The notes beneath the pieces are model-generated. The model worked only from the letters and a program-made list of their open reading frames with translations, was not told where the DNA came from and did not search any database. Of a stretch of DNA of 64,000 nucleotides, positions 13,420 through 26,023 are shown piece by piece. Made by a program: the position numbers and the translations under genes. Every line of letters starts with the position of its first letter. Position 1 is the first letter of the stretch. Source of the DNA: Phoronis australis (taxonomy: Eukaryota; Animalia; Phoronida); contig NMRA01000993.1 in assembly GCA_002633005.1 (NCBI GenBank), forward strand, positions 1 through 64,000. The letters are read 5' to 3'.

Positions 13420-13881
13420 TTTTGAGATGCTGGGAGGACATCTTATTTCAGTATTTAGCTATCCCTTGTTCTTAACATAATGGAGTCCCAGAAATGCTAA
13501 GTTTGCGTTTCCCATAAATTTAACATTTCGTCGGCAAAATAGGTGGATTTTCCTTATTTCAGCTCACTTGACCTTTGACCTCTCAGTTGACGTTTACTTT
13601 GATCTGGCATCCATGAAATAATAGCCGAAATGGACTCTCCATTCCAATAAACATTGGAAACTATACATTGCAGCATACTAAAAGCCATCATGTTCAGAAT
13701 GTGGAAATGAGGCGAAATTCAACATGGCGGAAGCAGTCATCTTGAATTATATAAAATGCACAAAGTTGCACAAAATGCAACCAAGCTAATTTTGTTCTCT
13801 TAATCACACATAATAATTTTCCAAAAGAAAACTTTATAGTAAACAACATTGCAGGGTCAACTTTTGGGCAAATATACTACA
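13420..13881. repeat. Second copy of the Academ-like non-autonomous repeat
   Basis: 13640-13880 is the approximate reverse complement of 57062-57300. Confidence 0.6.
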
Positions 13882-13988
13882 GCAACTTTGCAGAAAGGCC
13901 ACCCCCCCAAAAAACATAATGTTAATTCTGTGACATAGGGAGTATGAATTTTTAAGAAGTCTGCCATTAACTATGAATGTTCACGCCG

Positions 13989-15431
13989 ATAAAAATTATT
14001 TAAGTATTAAATTATTTTATGTAAGCTATACTGCCTCCTCCTCATTATCATATTGTTTGGATTCTCTGGTCAGTGACCCTCTTTGTTTTACGATTATTGG
14101 TTTAATTGTACCACGTGATCTCTTTGTCTTGTTGCAACACTGGGCCATCGTCCACAATTCTCTCCAACTTTCATTTTTCACTCAATTTCTCTTTCCCTCC
14201 CTCCCTCAAACCAATTTTCATTCTTTCCCTTTATCCTCAAATTTCACATGTCGCTGTCCCGGTGTTGCTGTTATTCTTCCGCATATTGTTTCTTAACTTA
14301 CTATGGCAGATTGTCACCCACCTTTACAGTGCAACATGTTATATAACTTTTGTAATTACTGATATCTGTAGTAGTTTAGTTTGTCATAATATATATGACC
14401 TTTTATCTCAACTACATGTGTTGTTTCACTGTAAACTAGCTTCGGTATCGCTTCGCAGTTAGCGCATATAAAAATTATTTAAGTATTAAATTATTTTATG
14501 TAAGCTATACTGCCTCCTCCTCATTATCATATTGTTTGGATTCTCTGGTCAGTGACCCTCTTTGTTTTACGATTATTGGTTTAATTGTACCACGTGATCT
14601 CTTTGTCTTGTTGCAACACTGGGCCATCGTCCACAATTCTCTCCAACTTTCATTTTTCACTCAATTTCTCTTTCCCTCCCTCCCTCAAACCAATTTTCAT
14701 TCTTTCCCTTTATCCTCAAATTTCACATGTCGCTGTCCCGGTGTTGCTGTTATTCTTCCGCATATTGTTTCTTAACTTACTATGGCAGATTGTCACCCAC
14801 CTTTACAGTGCAACATGTTATATAACTTTTGTAATTACTGATATCTGTAGTAGTTTAGTTTGTCATAATATATATGACCTTTTATCTCAACTACATGTGT
14901 TGTTTCACTGTAAACTAGCTTCGGTATCGCTTCGCAGTTAGCGCATATAAAAATTATTTAAGTATTAAATTATTTTATGTAAGCTATACTGCCTCCTCCT
15001 CATTATCATATTGTTTGGATTCTCTGGTCAGTGACCCTCTTTGTTTTACGATTATTGGTTAAATTGTACCACGTGATCTCTTTGTCTTGTTGCAACACTG
15101 GGCCATCGTCCACAATTCTCTCCAACTTTCATTTTTCACTCAATTTCTCTTTCCCTCCCTCCCTCAAACCAATTTTCATTCTTTCCCTTTATCCTCTAAT
15201 TTCACATGTCGCTGTCCCGGTGTTGTTGTTCTTCTTCCGCATATTGTTTCTTAACTTACTATGGCAGATTGTCACCCACCTTTACAGTGCAACATGTTGT
15301 ATAACTTTTGTAATTACTGATATCTGTAGTAGTTTAGTTTGTCATAATATATATGACCTTTTATCTCAACTACATGTGTTGTTTCACTGTAAACTAGCTT
15401 CGGTATCGCTTCGCAGTTAGCGCATATAAAA
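13989..15431. repeat. Tandem triplication of a 479-bp unit
   Basis: Units start at 13989, 14468 and 14947; units 1 and 2 look identical, unit 3 has a few substitutions; ATAAAA at the junctions. Confidence 0.95.
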
Positions 15432-17544
15432 GCCACTGGGTTAACAACGTTAAGAAAATTTCTTGCATTTCAGCTTTAGTGGAGTATGATGCAATCAGGT
15501 ATATATTAAATAATCATTAATCGTTCACCTGCAGGAAACGCAATCGGATGAATTCGAAAAGACCGGCATACAATTCCAAGAATCAATGTCAAGTATCCGC
15601 AACGGGTTACATGTAATTCTATGAAGGTATATTGCGTACATTGTATCTAGCAAAATTGAGAACTGGAATTGAATTGAACTGAACGCAAACAGATAACAAT
15701 GATATCCTCGTTTAATGTTGTCAATTGTATTTTAATACACTTTAGAAAAGAACGACTACTTTGCGTCTATCACGTTTAAATGTGCGACAGAGGAAATCGG
15801 TGTTTCTAGTTGCAGTCTTGTTTAATCATAGATTATAGACAACAGACCTGCAACTCCGACATTTACTTAAGTGGTAGCCAAGAGACGCCGCCGCTCTCTT
15901 AAATTTTCTGGTGCAGTTTCCGGTTAGTGTACATGTGTATTTTGACGGGAAATTCTCGCATCTACATTACTGTCCAGCACAACGAAAAAAATAATTTCGG
16001 CATTGGAACGCTCTTCAAAGGCTTCCAATAGTAGCAGTATTGGTATCGTGAGTACTTTTGGCAATGCTACTGGTAATTATTTACAAAATTCAAACTTCGG
16101 TGCCGACTGATTATGTCGTCTGCTTGCCCAATAGCAGCATACATGTAGTTATCGGACAGTTTGTGATTTATTATTCACATAGGCCTACTGAGAAAACTAC
16201 GAAAGCATGTTTGTGCACAAATTCCAAGGAGTACCTTTGAATGCAAAAGATACTTATATAACGTTTTTGGTTTAGAAAAATATTAATTTTGCTCGAATTA
16301 AAAATGCGCCTCTGTAACGATTTGACTACTTTAACCTTTGCCTGATTATAATTCAACATTCTCAAGTGAGCAGTTTTTCTGGGAAGTGTTGAGTGGCCCT
16401 TAAAAGGTTGTACTCTGCTTGAGCCTTAGGTATAGCTTGAAATGGTTCCTAAAAGAACCGTTGAATAATTCAACATGTATCACACAGTATACCGTGCTCA
16501 CTCAAGTACTGAAGGTCCTCTTCATTCAAGTTTTCATCAGGGAAGGTTAGATGAAAACAGATGAGATGACAATATCGATGACAGTTGTAACACCTTATAT
16601 AAATGTTACCGTTCTCCAACGTTACCACGAACCCTGCCTCTTTCAGTTCTTGTTAATGGATTCAGAAGTAACCCTGAACCGTAGGGAAAAAAGACATACA
16701 ACAAAAACGAATCAAATTTCGAAAATCGTCGCCTTCGTACGATTCCTTTTTGTTGTCGCCAGACTGATGTTCCTCCCAACACCAATGTCGAAAATCGACG
16801 TTACAAGTGATGGAAACGTGTGTCCTTTGTTTCTAACTTTTAACCCATTTTTTAAGGAAGGGGTGTACTGATCTTCTCTAATGTTGATAGAGCATAACTT
16901 TTGGTTTTTACAATGCATTAATTGTGTTGAATGCATTCATATTAAATGGCCTCATTGAGCTGAACAGAAAATAAATTAAATGTAACACAATAAAGTTTTG
17001 AAAAAATACACAGCTGTAACAGGACTCCCTAAGAATCGAGCTCTTTTCGAAAACTTTTCGCCATTGGTGATCTGATTGGTTCATGCATTTACGGCAGAAA
17101 AGTAATAGACGAAGTATCGTGCACGTGTGCACTGTAGAAACACTGTATCTTAATCTTATTTGGCTAATCTGTTGATACAGCAAATTTTCTTCTTTATGCC
17201 CATTCTGATTTACCGCAACTTGACCTTGTTGTATTCTGTCATATATGGGGTTGGCATTGGGACCCACATAGAGCTTACTCGAATGGGCTTTATTTTACCA
17301 ACTACTGTATTTCAAATTGTGTAGGTGAAGTAAATAAACAAAGTGGGTGATTATCATCACCGGAATTTCATCATTAGTATCTTTTGCCTGGTGCTCAAGT
17401 TTTTCTGAGACTAGGGATTGTCAGATTTGTAAGGTAGAAGTGTTTCGCTGGATTTCCAGGTCTGTGGCGTTATATATACATGTACCGGAACAAAATTAAA
17501 AAACGAGACCTTTAATTAAATCAGGAGCTGCATGATACACGTTT

Positions 17545-17615
17545 TACCAGACGTGCGCAGGCAGCCCAAGTGGGCCCATTGCACTGATCACTTGGAACCA
17601 TTTTTATGGTTTATT
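17545..17615 (-). repeat. SINE 3' fragment, same family as 13205-13400
   Basis: Reverse complement shares CATAAAAATGGTTCCA(A/G)GTGAT and TGCGCACGTCT. Confidence 0.55.
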
Positions 17616-18044
17616 AATATATACTTGTAGTTGTATGACACGGTGCATTGTATTCGTAATAGTAGAGGGGCACTAAACTTGGGGTACCAAAGTGTGCCCT
17701 GAACCGACTGAATTTCACCAGGGTTTGCTGTGATATGAGTGGTGGTCAGTTGGGTTCGGAGACAGCTTGGCCAATGGGCGGCTGCACCCTGGGAAGGCGC
17801 GCGGCCAGGAGTGCTGGGTGGCCCTGTAACATGCGATACTCGGGTGGAAGCTACCCCTGCCATGTAGTGCAATTTCCCTTGTAGTTAAGGTATAGCTGCG
17901 TCTGGTAGGTGGGTCAAGTATGGAGCTGCCAGTCATATACAGCGACCACAACTCCGGCTCTATGGTTGCCCAGGGTGTGGCTGGGTTTCGACCTTTGTGG
18001 CAGCAATAATACCTGTAATACTGTAATACCTGTCACGGACAGGA

Positions 18045-19196
18045 TCATTGAGGATATGCTGGTGCATTAATCCCCTCCCCAGACCATCCCCGTGACAGCA
18101 GAAGGCGCAGAACTCCAGGGCTGACGTTGCCTGTAAGCATTTGATTGGACAGCACTCGGGCACGGCCCTTCTTGTGACTCTTCGCAGCATGGCCATAAAC
18201 AATACCGGCTTCGAGCAGGCGGCTGCCATCATTGAACTCAGCCAGCTGGGATGCAGTCTGCTCGTGGCTGCGTTTGCGAGCCAGCAGCTTAACGTCAGCC
18301 GAATATAAGTAGAGGGGTTGGTTGGTGGTGCATGAGCCAGCGAGGTAATCTGCACGTTCATTAATCAAGACACCAGCGTGGCCAGGTACGAAAGACCAGA
18401 TCACCACATGATGAGAGTGGCGTGATCGGAAGACACCCCAGTTGGCTGGGAGGTCTCCAGATTGAACTTTCATCAACACTGCCATGGAATCGGTGGCAAA
18501 GATAATGGTGTGATTCTCCAGGTCTAGGAGTGACAGCTTGGTTAGGGCTCGTTGTATAGCCTCAAACTCCATCCGCGTACTGCTTGTGGATATATGGTGG
18601 CAGCCACTACCTTCCGCAATGACGTTGTTAGCACAGCGTATTTGATAGCCCCATCCCGCACGATTAGTTTCACCATCGAAGGATCCATCAGTTGCTACAA
18701 TGATGGCATTAATACCGCCAAGATCACGCCATTGCTGACGGCACAATGCTTGGGCTACTCCAGGAGGCCATTCCCGAGCTTCCCTGTTGAAAGCAATGAT
18801 GACATTCGGTTCCTCACCAAGTTCTTGTACTGGCAGCCAAGCAGCAACTTGCGCGATCATGTGTTCGCCGATGAGACCCATGGTTGCGTTAACAGCAGCG
18901 ACAGTCCACGAGCACCTGCTAAGTCTTTGGTGGGAGGCATTGCGAAAAGGTCTAGGACGAAGTCCATAAGTTTCTGTTGCAGGGACGGAGTTCACGCACC
19001 TGTCAAGTGCAGTCTTCACTTGACTGTGTAATGGATGGAAGGGGCTTTGAACAGCCTTGGCTACAGTAATACCTTGTAGAAGGGATTGTCTGTCTGCAAT
19101 GCTGGGAATACCGACAAGGTAACGTAATGCTGTGACTGACGTAGTTCTCGTACATCCAGTGATGACGCGAAGACCAATGTTCTGGAGCCTCTCAAG
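18045..19196 (-). CDS. C-terminal part of a non-LTR retrotransposon pol (post-RT region plus RNase H; I/ingi-group-like), open up to the N
   Basis: Uninterrupted frame from 19196 (LERLQNIGLRVITGCTRTT...) to the stop at 18045; RNase H motifs ATDGS, MEFEAI, FATDS, VPGHAG, NERAD all intact. Confidence 0.85.
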   Translation of the reverse strand, partial: LERLQNIGLRVITGCTRTTSVTALRYLVGIPSIADRQSLLQGITVAKAVQSPFHPLHSQVKTALDRCVNSVPATETYGLRPRPFRNASHQRLSRCSWTVAAVNATMGLIGEHMIAQVAAWLPVQELGEEPNVIIAFNREAREWPPGVAQALCRQQWRDLGGINAIIVATDGSFDGETNRAGWGYQIRCANNVIAEGSGCHHISTSSTRMEFEAIQRALTKLSLLDLENHTIIFATDSMAVLMKVQSGDLPANWGVFRSRHSHHVVIWSFVPGHAGVLINERADYLAGSCTTNQPLYLYSADVKLLARKRSHEQTASQLAEFNDGSRLLEAGIVYGHAAKSHKKGRARVLSNQMLTGNVSPGVLRLLLSRGWSGEGINAPAYPQ

Positions 19197-19197
19197 N
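19197..19197. other. Single N, probable assembly gap/join
   Basis: The LINE ORF and the Copia RNase H region both end at this base. Confidence 0.8.
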
Positions 19198-22160
19198 CCT
19201 TTTCAATTTAGCCGGTGGAGCGTGAGACCCCTGAGGTCCCAATCGAGTCCTCACGACAACTTCGCGTTATGTGGACCGCACCACCTGTTTTATCTTGTTG
19301 GCCACCTATGATAGGGGGCAACATTTATTGTTATAGCCCTCAAGAAAGATAATGTGCGCGCCAACACTGCTTACACCATCGCAAAGATTCGCATGACCAG
19401 CGTCGCTAAAAACAGTCAACTGCCAGTCACTCACGGGGCCTAGATTAGGAAACTTCACAAATGAATCACAGTCTTTCAGTCTTTTTACTATTTTCAAAGC
19501 TCGCTTGAGATCACCAACATTGGCAGTTTTGAACTTCATGCTCAACTCGATCAGATCATAAGCCAGGTCCGGTCGGAAGCCCTGTACGGCCCAATTAAAA
19601 CTCCTGACTATACTCCTTAACAGGGTTTTTTCGTCCGTGTTCAACATGTCACTTTTGTGATTAAATCTTTCAGGAGGAACGTCAATCATTTCCCGTCAGT
19701 TTGCTTTACATGAAAACCGATATATTTGAAATGGCCGCCTTCCTCCAACTTTCCAGCCGTAAAGCGTTCGCGCAAACGAGCCATGACCAACATGTCAAAC
19801 CAGTTCTCGCCGCAATGCAAACAATCGTCAATGTGACTGCAAAACATACCTGCTAGTCGACCGTCCTTGCGGAAAGTAAACAGGGCGGCATCATGGGATG
19901 ACTGGGTACAACCCAACTTCTGCAACTGTTCACACACGCTCTCAAATAATTGACGAGCAGCATCATTCAATCCATATAGGCAGCGGTTCAACTTCCACAG
20001 TTTCTCGGCGCATTTCGCCTCAGGCGGCGGAACGATAAAAATATCGTGTTCAGGTTTACGACCTAGCAAAAGCGCAGACTTGATGTCAGTGGTTTTGAGA
20101 TTCCAACTTTTTGCAGCGGCCACTGCCAAAAACACCCGCAATGCACTTTTACCAATGGTGGGCGAGTCCCGCGGCACGTCCGCCTGCTCCTCAAAGCCTC
20201 TGGCGACCAATCTCGCTCGCACTTGATCACCTTTATTCCACAAAACCCAGGTGGTGGACACGCTATTTTGTCCGTTGTCATTTACCTCTTCGTAGGTACC
20301 TATTCTTTCAACTTGTCAAGTTCAACTTTTTTCCCGGACTCGTTGTGACGCGATTTGGGAATAAGCACGAGATTTACTTCTTCCTCGGCAATAGTTTCCC
20401 ATTCGGCGACATTCGCAAGATCAACGCTCGAGTCTTCTCCACCGTCATCTAACTGCACATTAAACCAGTCTTTGTACTTTCCCGAAACTTTTCCCGCACG
20501 ACTTAGCACGGTAGCTTTAACCCATTCGTCCGATGGGAGGACTTCGTACCTGATGCGTATGTCGGAGCGAACTGCAGTGCCACTTCTATTCTCACAACCG
20601 TCACTATTCGAGGCACCAAGCTGTTCACTACACGCAACGTTTCTAGTCGGTGTACAATCGTTCGCGTTACCACGATCGGAAATGCCATTTTGTGAAACAG
20701 AATCACTATCATCAGACTGGGTGCCAAGTGCCTCACCGGCTTTCACAAGTCTCGTAGGAGACACGCGCACGATTAAACCGCCATGGCGCACGAACACCAC
20801 CTCGCTGTCTTGAAACAAAACTTTTCCGGGTCCGAGCCATCGTTCTCGGTCTTCACGCTTGTAATAAACAACAGTACCATGCTCAAACAATTGCTCCGAT
20901 GATCTCACTTTGTGACGCAACGCCCTTCTAATTCTCTCAACCGTATCAGACGCCACAAACGCTCCTCTCGAGGCGTTACAGCGCATTCAAGTGTTTCGCA
21001 AGAGTCTCGCTGTAGGTAATTCCCTGCAGAGCGGGAAAACCGTCGGACATGATATTGAGCAAGTTCGGATTCCTGCCAAAGACTAACTGATAACTACTGA
21101 ATCCGTTCCACATATGCAGAGAATTTCGAGCAACATTCGCCCAACACAGCAGCACAGCTAAATCGGTTTTGGGGAATTCATCCTCAAGCTTTATCAGCAT
21201 ACTATCGGTAACTGCGTGCACGCGTTCGCACAAACCATTCTGAAATGGACTACCGGCAGCAGTAGTGTGCAGTTTCATGTTCAAAATACTGGCCACTTCT
21301 CGAGTTTCATCCGAAGCGAATTCCCCGCCATTGTCCGACAAAATCGCTTTCGGAACGCCAAATCCAGCACCAACCCAGTGAGTCATTATTTTGTCAATTA
21401 CTTCGGATGGATTCTTTCTGTCAATAAACCACATATTAACCATGTGAAGAATCCACCGCGATTTCCACTTCTTAAGATCCACTGCAACAGAATCATTAAA
21501 ATATTTGGCCATAGGAAACGCAACGACAGGTTTGGGGGGCGTTTTCGCGTGGATTTTACAGAATTCGCAATTGTCCCGAATCGCAGACAAATCATCCAGT
21601 CATCATACACCCCCGCGTCTTTAAGCAAGCCAACGAGTTTGTTAGTGGGAGGATGCGCAAACTGCCTGTGCAATTTGAGCAGAACTTTCTTGCGATCTGT
21701 TACGGTAAGATGCTGAAGAGTAACAGCGAACCCTTCGTGCTCTTCCACAGTACGCGATGGAACGACAGGCACACAATAATGACCCAATGTCGTTTGTTGC
21801 AAATTGACCAGCTGGCCCATAATCTCAGCGGTGTCATTCTCTAGATCTAGTTTCACTGTAGCTTCTTTCATCGCTGTTTAGATAACAAGAGAGGTATTTC
21901 GGATTCAACCACATCCGTTTTGATCGTGACAGACTTTCCCGCCAGAAGACGGCTGGGATCTCAACGCTGGCCCTCGATGGGAGGCTGTGCCCACTACCCA
22001 ATTTGAATGATCTAACGCCTGGGTTACGCTTCAAGTAACGCTTGTCGGTCTCGCTTAGACTCTCGATGTAATCACCCAACCACTGTTCACCACAGACAGT
22101 ACTAAAGCAAGCGCTGTCCAGGACTACGGAGTTTTGCGCTTCACGCGTAAGTTGGCTTAA

Positions 22161-23814
22161 AGGAGCATGCTACCCAAAAACAACCTAATTGGATTCAATT
22201 TAGATCGAGTAGTTCTACTCCATAACGACACGTACGGTTGCGTTACCTGACACCTGACGGCAGACGGAGATGTTGAAATTATTCAATGACGTCATCGGTT
22301 TGACACGCAGTCTGTTCAGCAGTTCACAACACGGGTTACTGGTGTCAGCTTATCGCTTGAAGTCATCGTTTAACACCAATAAATCATCAAACGTCGATGT
22401 AAAACCCTTAAAAATACACCGAGTTCTCATAAAAACGTGTTGTTTTTTTGGCTCTTACGGATTTATTGGTATTTGGACACACCGTAGCCTACAAAGTCCG
22501 GCAGGCCAATAAGGTCCGTAGCAGGAGTTTGGGGTCTGTTCGGAGATAATTTCGAAGTATTTTCCGTGAGATACAGACATGATAACCTAGATCTGTGTTG
22601 TTTAGACTTGTGATTTTTTGAGTTCTAAACACAAAACGCTTGTTATCCCGACCAGTGGCTCGGAGCCCGATAGGCCCGTCGCGGCCGGCCGGATTGACTC
22701 GTTATCCCGAACTGATCAGACATCACGAACATAAGCCAGTCAAAGTTCAATGGAAACTAAACTTCCAGTCAAGAAAATACTATACTAGTGAGCCAAAGTA
22801 ATGTGCACGTGATTATGTTAGTGAATTACCACGAAACTGCAAATCTACTTACTCGTCGGGGGCCGCGAATTCAGGTTCCGCTTTGGCCACAACACCGTCA
22901 GGACAGAAGTTGTGTATTGGCAATCATTACTTGAGTGATGTAAGTGTAAATAAAGATTCCCCTCGCTGTGGGATGGAAATCGCGTTGTTTCACAACAGTT
23001 TCTGCCAGCAAACACTAAATTAGGTGAACTCACGCGGCCTCGGTGTCCCGTCAATTAGTTTTATTGCACCTAAAGCCGGTAACGCAGTGATTTATTCATT
23101 GCTGGTTTCTCAAATCATTTGCACTCACGAACACTCCAAAGGCATTACAAATTGCATCTAATGAGACAGACTTTGTTTCAGTTTCAGTATTGGTTAGGAG
23201 AGAATAATTCATTTTGAAACAGAACGCTCAGTAATAAACGCCAACATGGCAACTCGCAATCCCGACTTGGGACGAGCTAGAGCTCATCAATCCCGACTTC
23301 GCTGGTGGATCCTTAAGTTTTACAGGCTATCAATTCGAGCAGGAATACAGTGATGAATAAATACTAGAGAGGCGCCGTGAACAAGCTCAGACAACGGAAC
23401 GTATGGAGTTATTTGGTAAGCCGGCATTCGTCAGGCACTGTCGACGTCTGCAGGCCACAGACACGGATATGTTTCACGGCCTCATACTTGCTATTTACGG
23501 CTTACATTTCATTCTTCACTACCATGAGCCACTTCCTAAACATTTCGGACTCCCGAGAAAGTAAAAAACGATATATCCGCTTTCCTCGCAGCTGCTTAGT
23601 TCGGACAAGCGGGAACGATGCACCGTAACATAGCTGCATTCACTCTGCATATGAACCATTGACGTCGCTAGCGTCGTAGCGTCGTTTCTCACCTTCCTCA
23701 CAGGTTAACGCGACATCCCTTGGCAAGGTAAGGTCGACCGTATGCGAGGCGATATGGAAATAGGCCGATTAAGACGGCAAAAAAAAGACTAATTAAATCG
23801 GGTGGCATTCTCCT
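22161..23814. mobile_element. Non-autonomous Kolobok-type element, copy 1, inserted in the Copia between gag and protease
   Basis: TTAA both sides; termini AGGAGCATGCTACCC / GGGTGGCATTCTCCT; colinear with 37859-39513. Confidence 0.9.
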
Positions 23815-24725
23815 TTAAGCCGCTTTTGCTCCCGGTAAAAAGCACAGCATGTTCAGAATTGTGAGTGTTGGACATATTTTCCCAACTGTCTGGACACTTG
23901 GCAATGAGGTGCCTGTAGGAACCACAGCACATGCATGTCATACGGTTTCCGTTTGATCCTATCGGATTAAGGGGCCGCGCATCCGGTGTCTTGTCATTAC
24001 TGACGCCCGGCTGCGTATGTCCTCGTCCGCGAACACCTCTACCTCGGCCTCGCTACGGAGGTCGGCGCGCATATCCCTCGGCAAGGAGTACGTCTTCATT
24101 TTCCACTTACCACACTGGTTCGAGTTTGATGCCATTATTACCGGTTACAGCCCCGCCGCTCACAGTCTCACCCTTGAATTTGTTGAGTGACGTTTTTGCT
24201 TGTTCATAGAGCTCTGATTTCTTGCCGTAGTCCATGCCGGTGGGCACTAGCAATTTTTATCTTTTGAAATGTTTGCTTTGTGCAGCAGCTTGAAAGCTAG
24301 AATTTCGGACGGCAGTGACATACGCTTTTTAACTATTCTGTTGTAATACTGATCAAACACTTGGATGTATTCAGTAACAGATTGTCCATCCTTGCGCTCG
24401 TAATCCTCGAAAGCATCAAATTTTTCAAGGCTATCTGATCAATCGTCTTTGCCTAATTTGGAATCACAAAATTCGATGAGCTTATCCAAGCCGTCATTTG
24501 CCTTGAGCACCGCAATGTCTAGTTCGTCAAACACCTGTTGACGGATGCCTACTGAGTCTGTTTCGGGCAACGACAGTGCAATCGCTATTCCGCGCTTACA
24601 TTTCTCAATGGTCGTGACCTCATTCCACGCTAAGAGTTCTGTTTCTTCGTCCCGCTAAATTCCGGTGGGTGAATACGCATTGACATTTTGACTGATATTC
24701 ACCTGTACCCGAAGATCTTTATGAA

Positions 24726-24735
24726 TCTGCTACCA
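24726..24735 (-). other. Primer-binding site complementary to the 3' end of initiator tRNA-Met
   Basis: Minus strand TGGTAGCAGA, between the putative LTR and the gag start. Confidence 0.8.
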
Positions 24736-24736
24736 T

Positions 24737-24927
24737 TCGTTAGTTCGCTCAAAGACAACGCAAATGTCCCTAACTAGTGATTATATACGCCAGCACAATA
24801 AACGTGAACAGTCCACCAACATGGACGCTCTGGAACGCTCTTCCAGCCAGTGAGGAGAGGTTAAACACCAGAGACGCCTGCCGGCTAATACAAAGCTTAA
24901 CACCAACAGAGTCTCGCTTGATGAACA
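24737..24927 (-). repeat. Putative 5' LTR (~190 bp) of the Copia element
   Basis: Starts TGTTCA on the minus strand and ends next to the PBS; no second LTR in the window to confirm. Confidence 0.55.
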
Positions 24928-24959
24928 ATAATTACAAAATGCAAATGAATCAATGAAAT

Positions 24960-25585
24960 TAGCTTGGTTGGATAACTTTGAAAATGACAAATTTTCAGAA
25001 GAAAAATGCGCTTAATGACCCCATGGTTGCACTAAATAATCTGAAACTTTGAATTTCAAATTGAATTACAATTACCATTCAAACATGCGAATTTGAAATG
25101 TCTAGCTCGAAATCTTAGTTTGCACCTAAAGACCTTTGACCTATGTTTCTGTTTGGATGATCCTATTGCTTTCTAAATTAGGGTGTTTGATTGACATGTA
25201 GGATTACACCCGTGTGCTGAAATTGAAAAGAATTAAGTAAAAAATGTAAGAGAAATAACATTTTGAAGATTAGATGACCTTTCCACTAATTAACCCTATT
25301 CGGTGCATTATAAGTCTCTTTAGGAGATTTATTGCAAAGCCCTTGAAAATTGTGTTTAATGATGAGAGAAATGTGTTTAGTGCTGGGAATCACAGTTGTC
25401 CAACTGATGACATGTCAGAATACTTTTTGAATGAAAATGACAACTTTTCAGAAGAAAAATGCACCTAATGACCCCATGGTGTCTCTAAATGACCTGAAAC
25501 TTTGATTTTCGAATTGAATTACATGCACCAATTAGACGTGTGGATTTGAACAACAGTACTCTGCGCTTGCAAGCGCAGAGTAATG
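24960..25585 (+). mobile_element. Helitron/Helentron-like non-autonomous repeat with internal duplication and terminal palindrome
   Basis: ~100-bp direct repeat at about 24980 and 25433; perfect 26-bp palindrome at 25557-25582. Confidence 0.45.
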
Positions 25586-25599
25586 AAAGACAATATTTA

Positions 25600-25957
25600 A
25601 ATAATCAGTAAAGAATGAGAAATTAACATGGAAAGACAGATGAAACAAAATAAAAATAAAATATGGTAAATAGAAGATAAACATTCTAAGACGAGATGAT
25701 TAACTAAAATATAAATATAAGACTACATAATTAAAAACAGACAATTATTTATAAAGTAAGACATAACACACACATATATATAAATATATGTATGTGTGTG
25801 TTATGTCGTACTTATATATATATACACACACACACGCTTACACATGCACACTTATAGACACACATACATGAATGCATACATACATACATAAACATACATT
25901 TATATATACATATATAAATACATACATAAATACAAACATACACATGAATACACAACT

Positions 25958-26023
<66 letters not shown>

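Larger units (their letters stand above)
19198..24927 (-). mobile_element. Ty1/Copia LTR retrotransposon, GalEa-like, decayed; 3' end lost at the N
   Basis: Gag (MSMRIHPPEF...AIALSLP...; knuckle CMCCGSYRHLIAKC), protease VLDSAC, integrase (HRQFAH, CEFC, SDNGGEF, NGLCER), RT (ARLVARGF, DIKSA, LYGL, HIDD), RNase H (FSDA) in Copia order; many frameshifts. Confidence 0.9.

Noticed and set aside
13973-15420. Repeated 107-129 aa hydrophobic ORFs
   Set aside because: By-product of a pyrimidine-rich tandem unit; two frames equally open; no domain or splice support.
15475-15610. Possible upstream astacin micro-exons (LVEYDAI...)
   Set aside because: AG/GT sites exist but there is no SxMHY or HExxH continuation, and it lies across the N from the gene.
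17960-18000. Hammerhead-like GAAAC plus stem on the minus strand after the LINE
   Set aside because: No CUGANGA box and no NUH cleavage triplet.
18552-21716. Plus-strand ORFs of 113-166 aa
   Set aside because: Antisense shadows of retrotransposon coding sequence.
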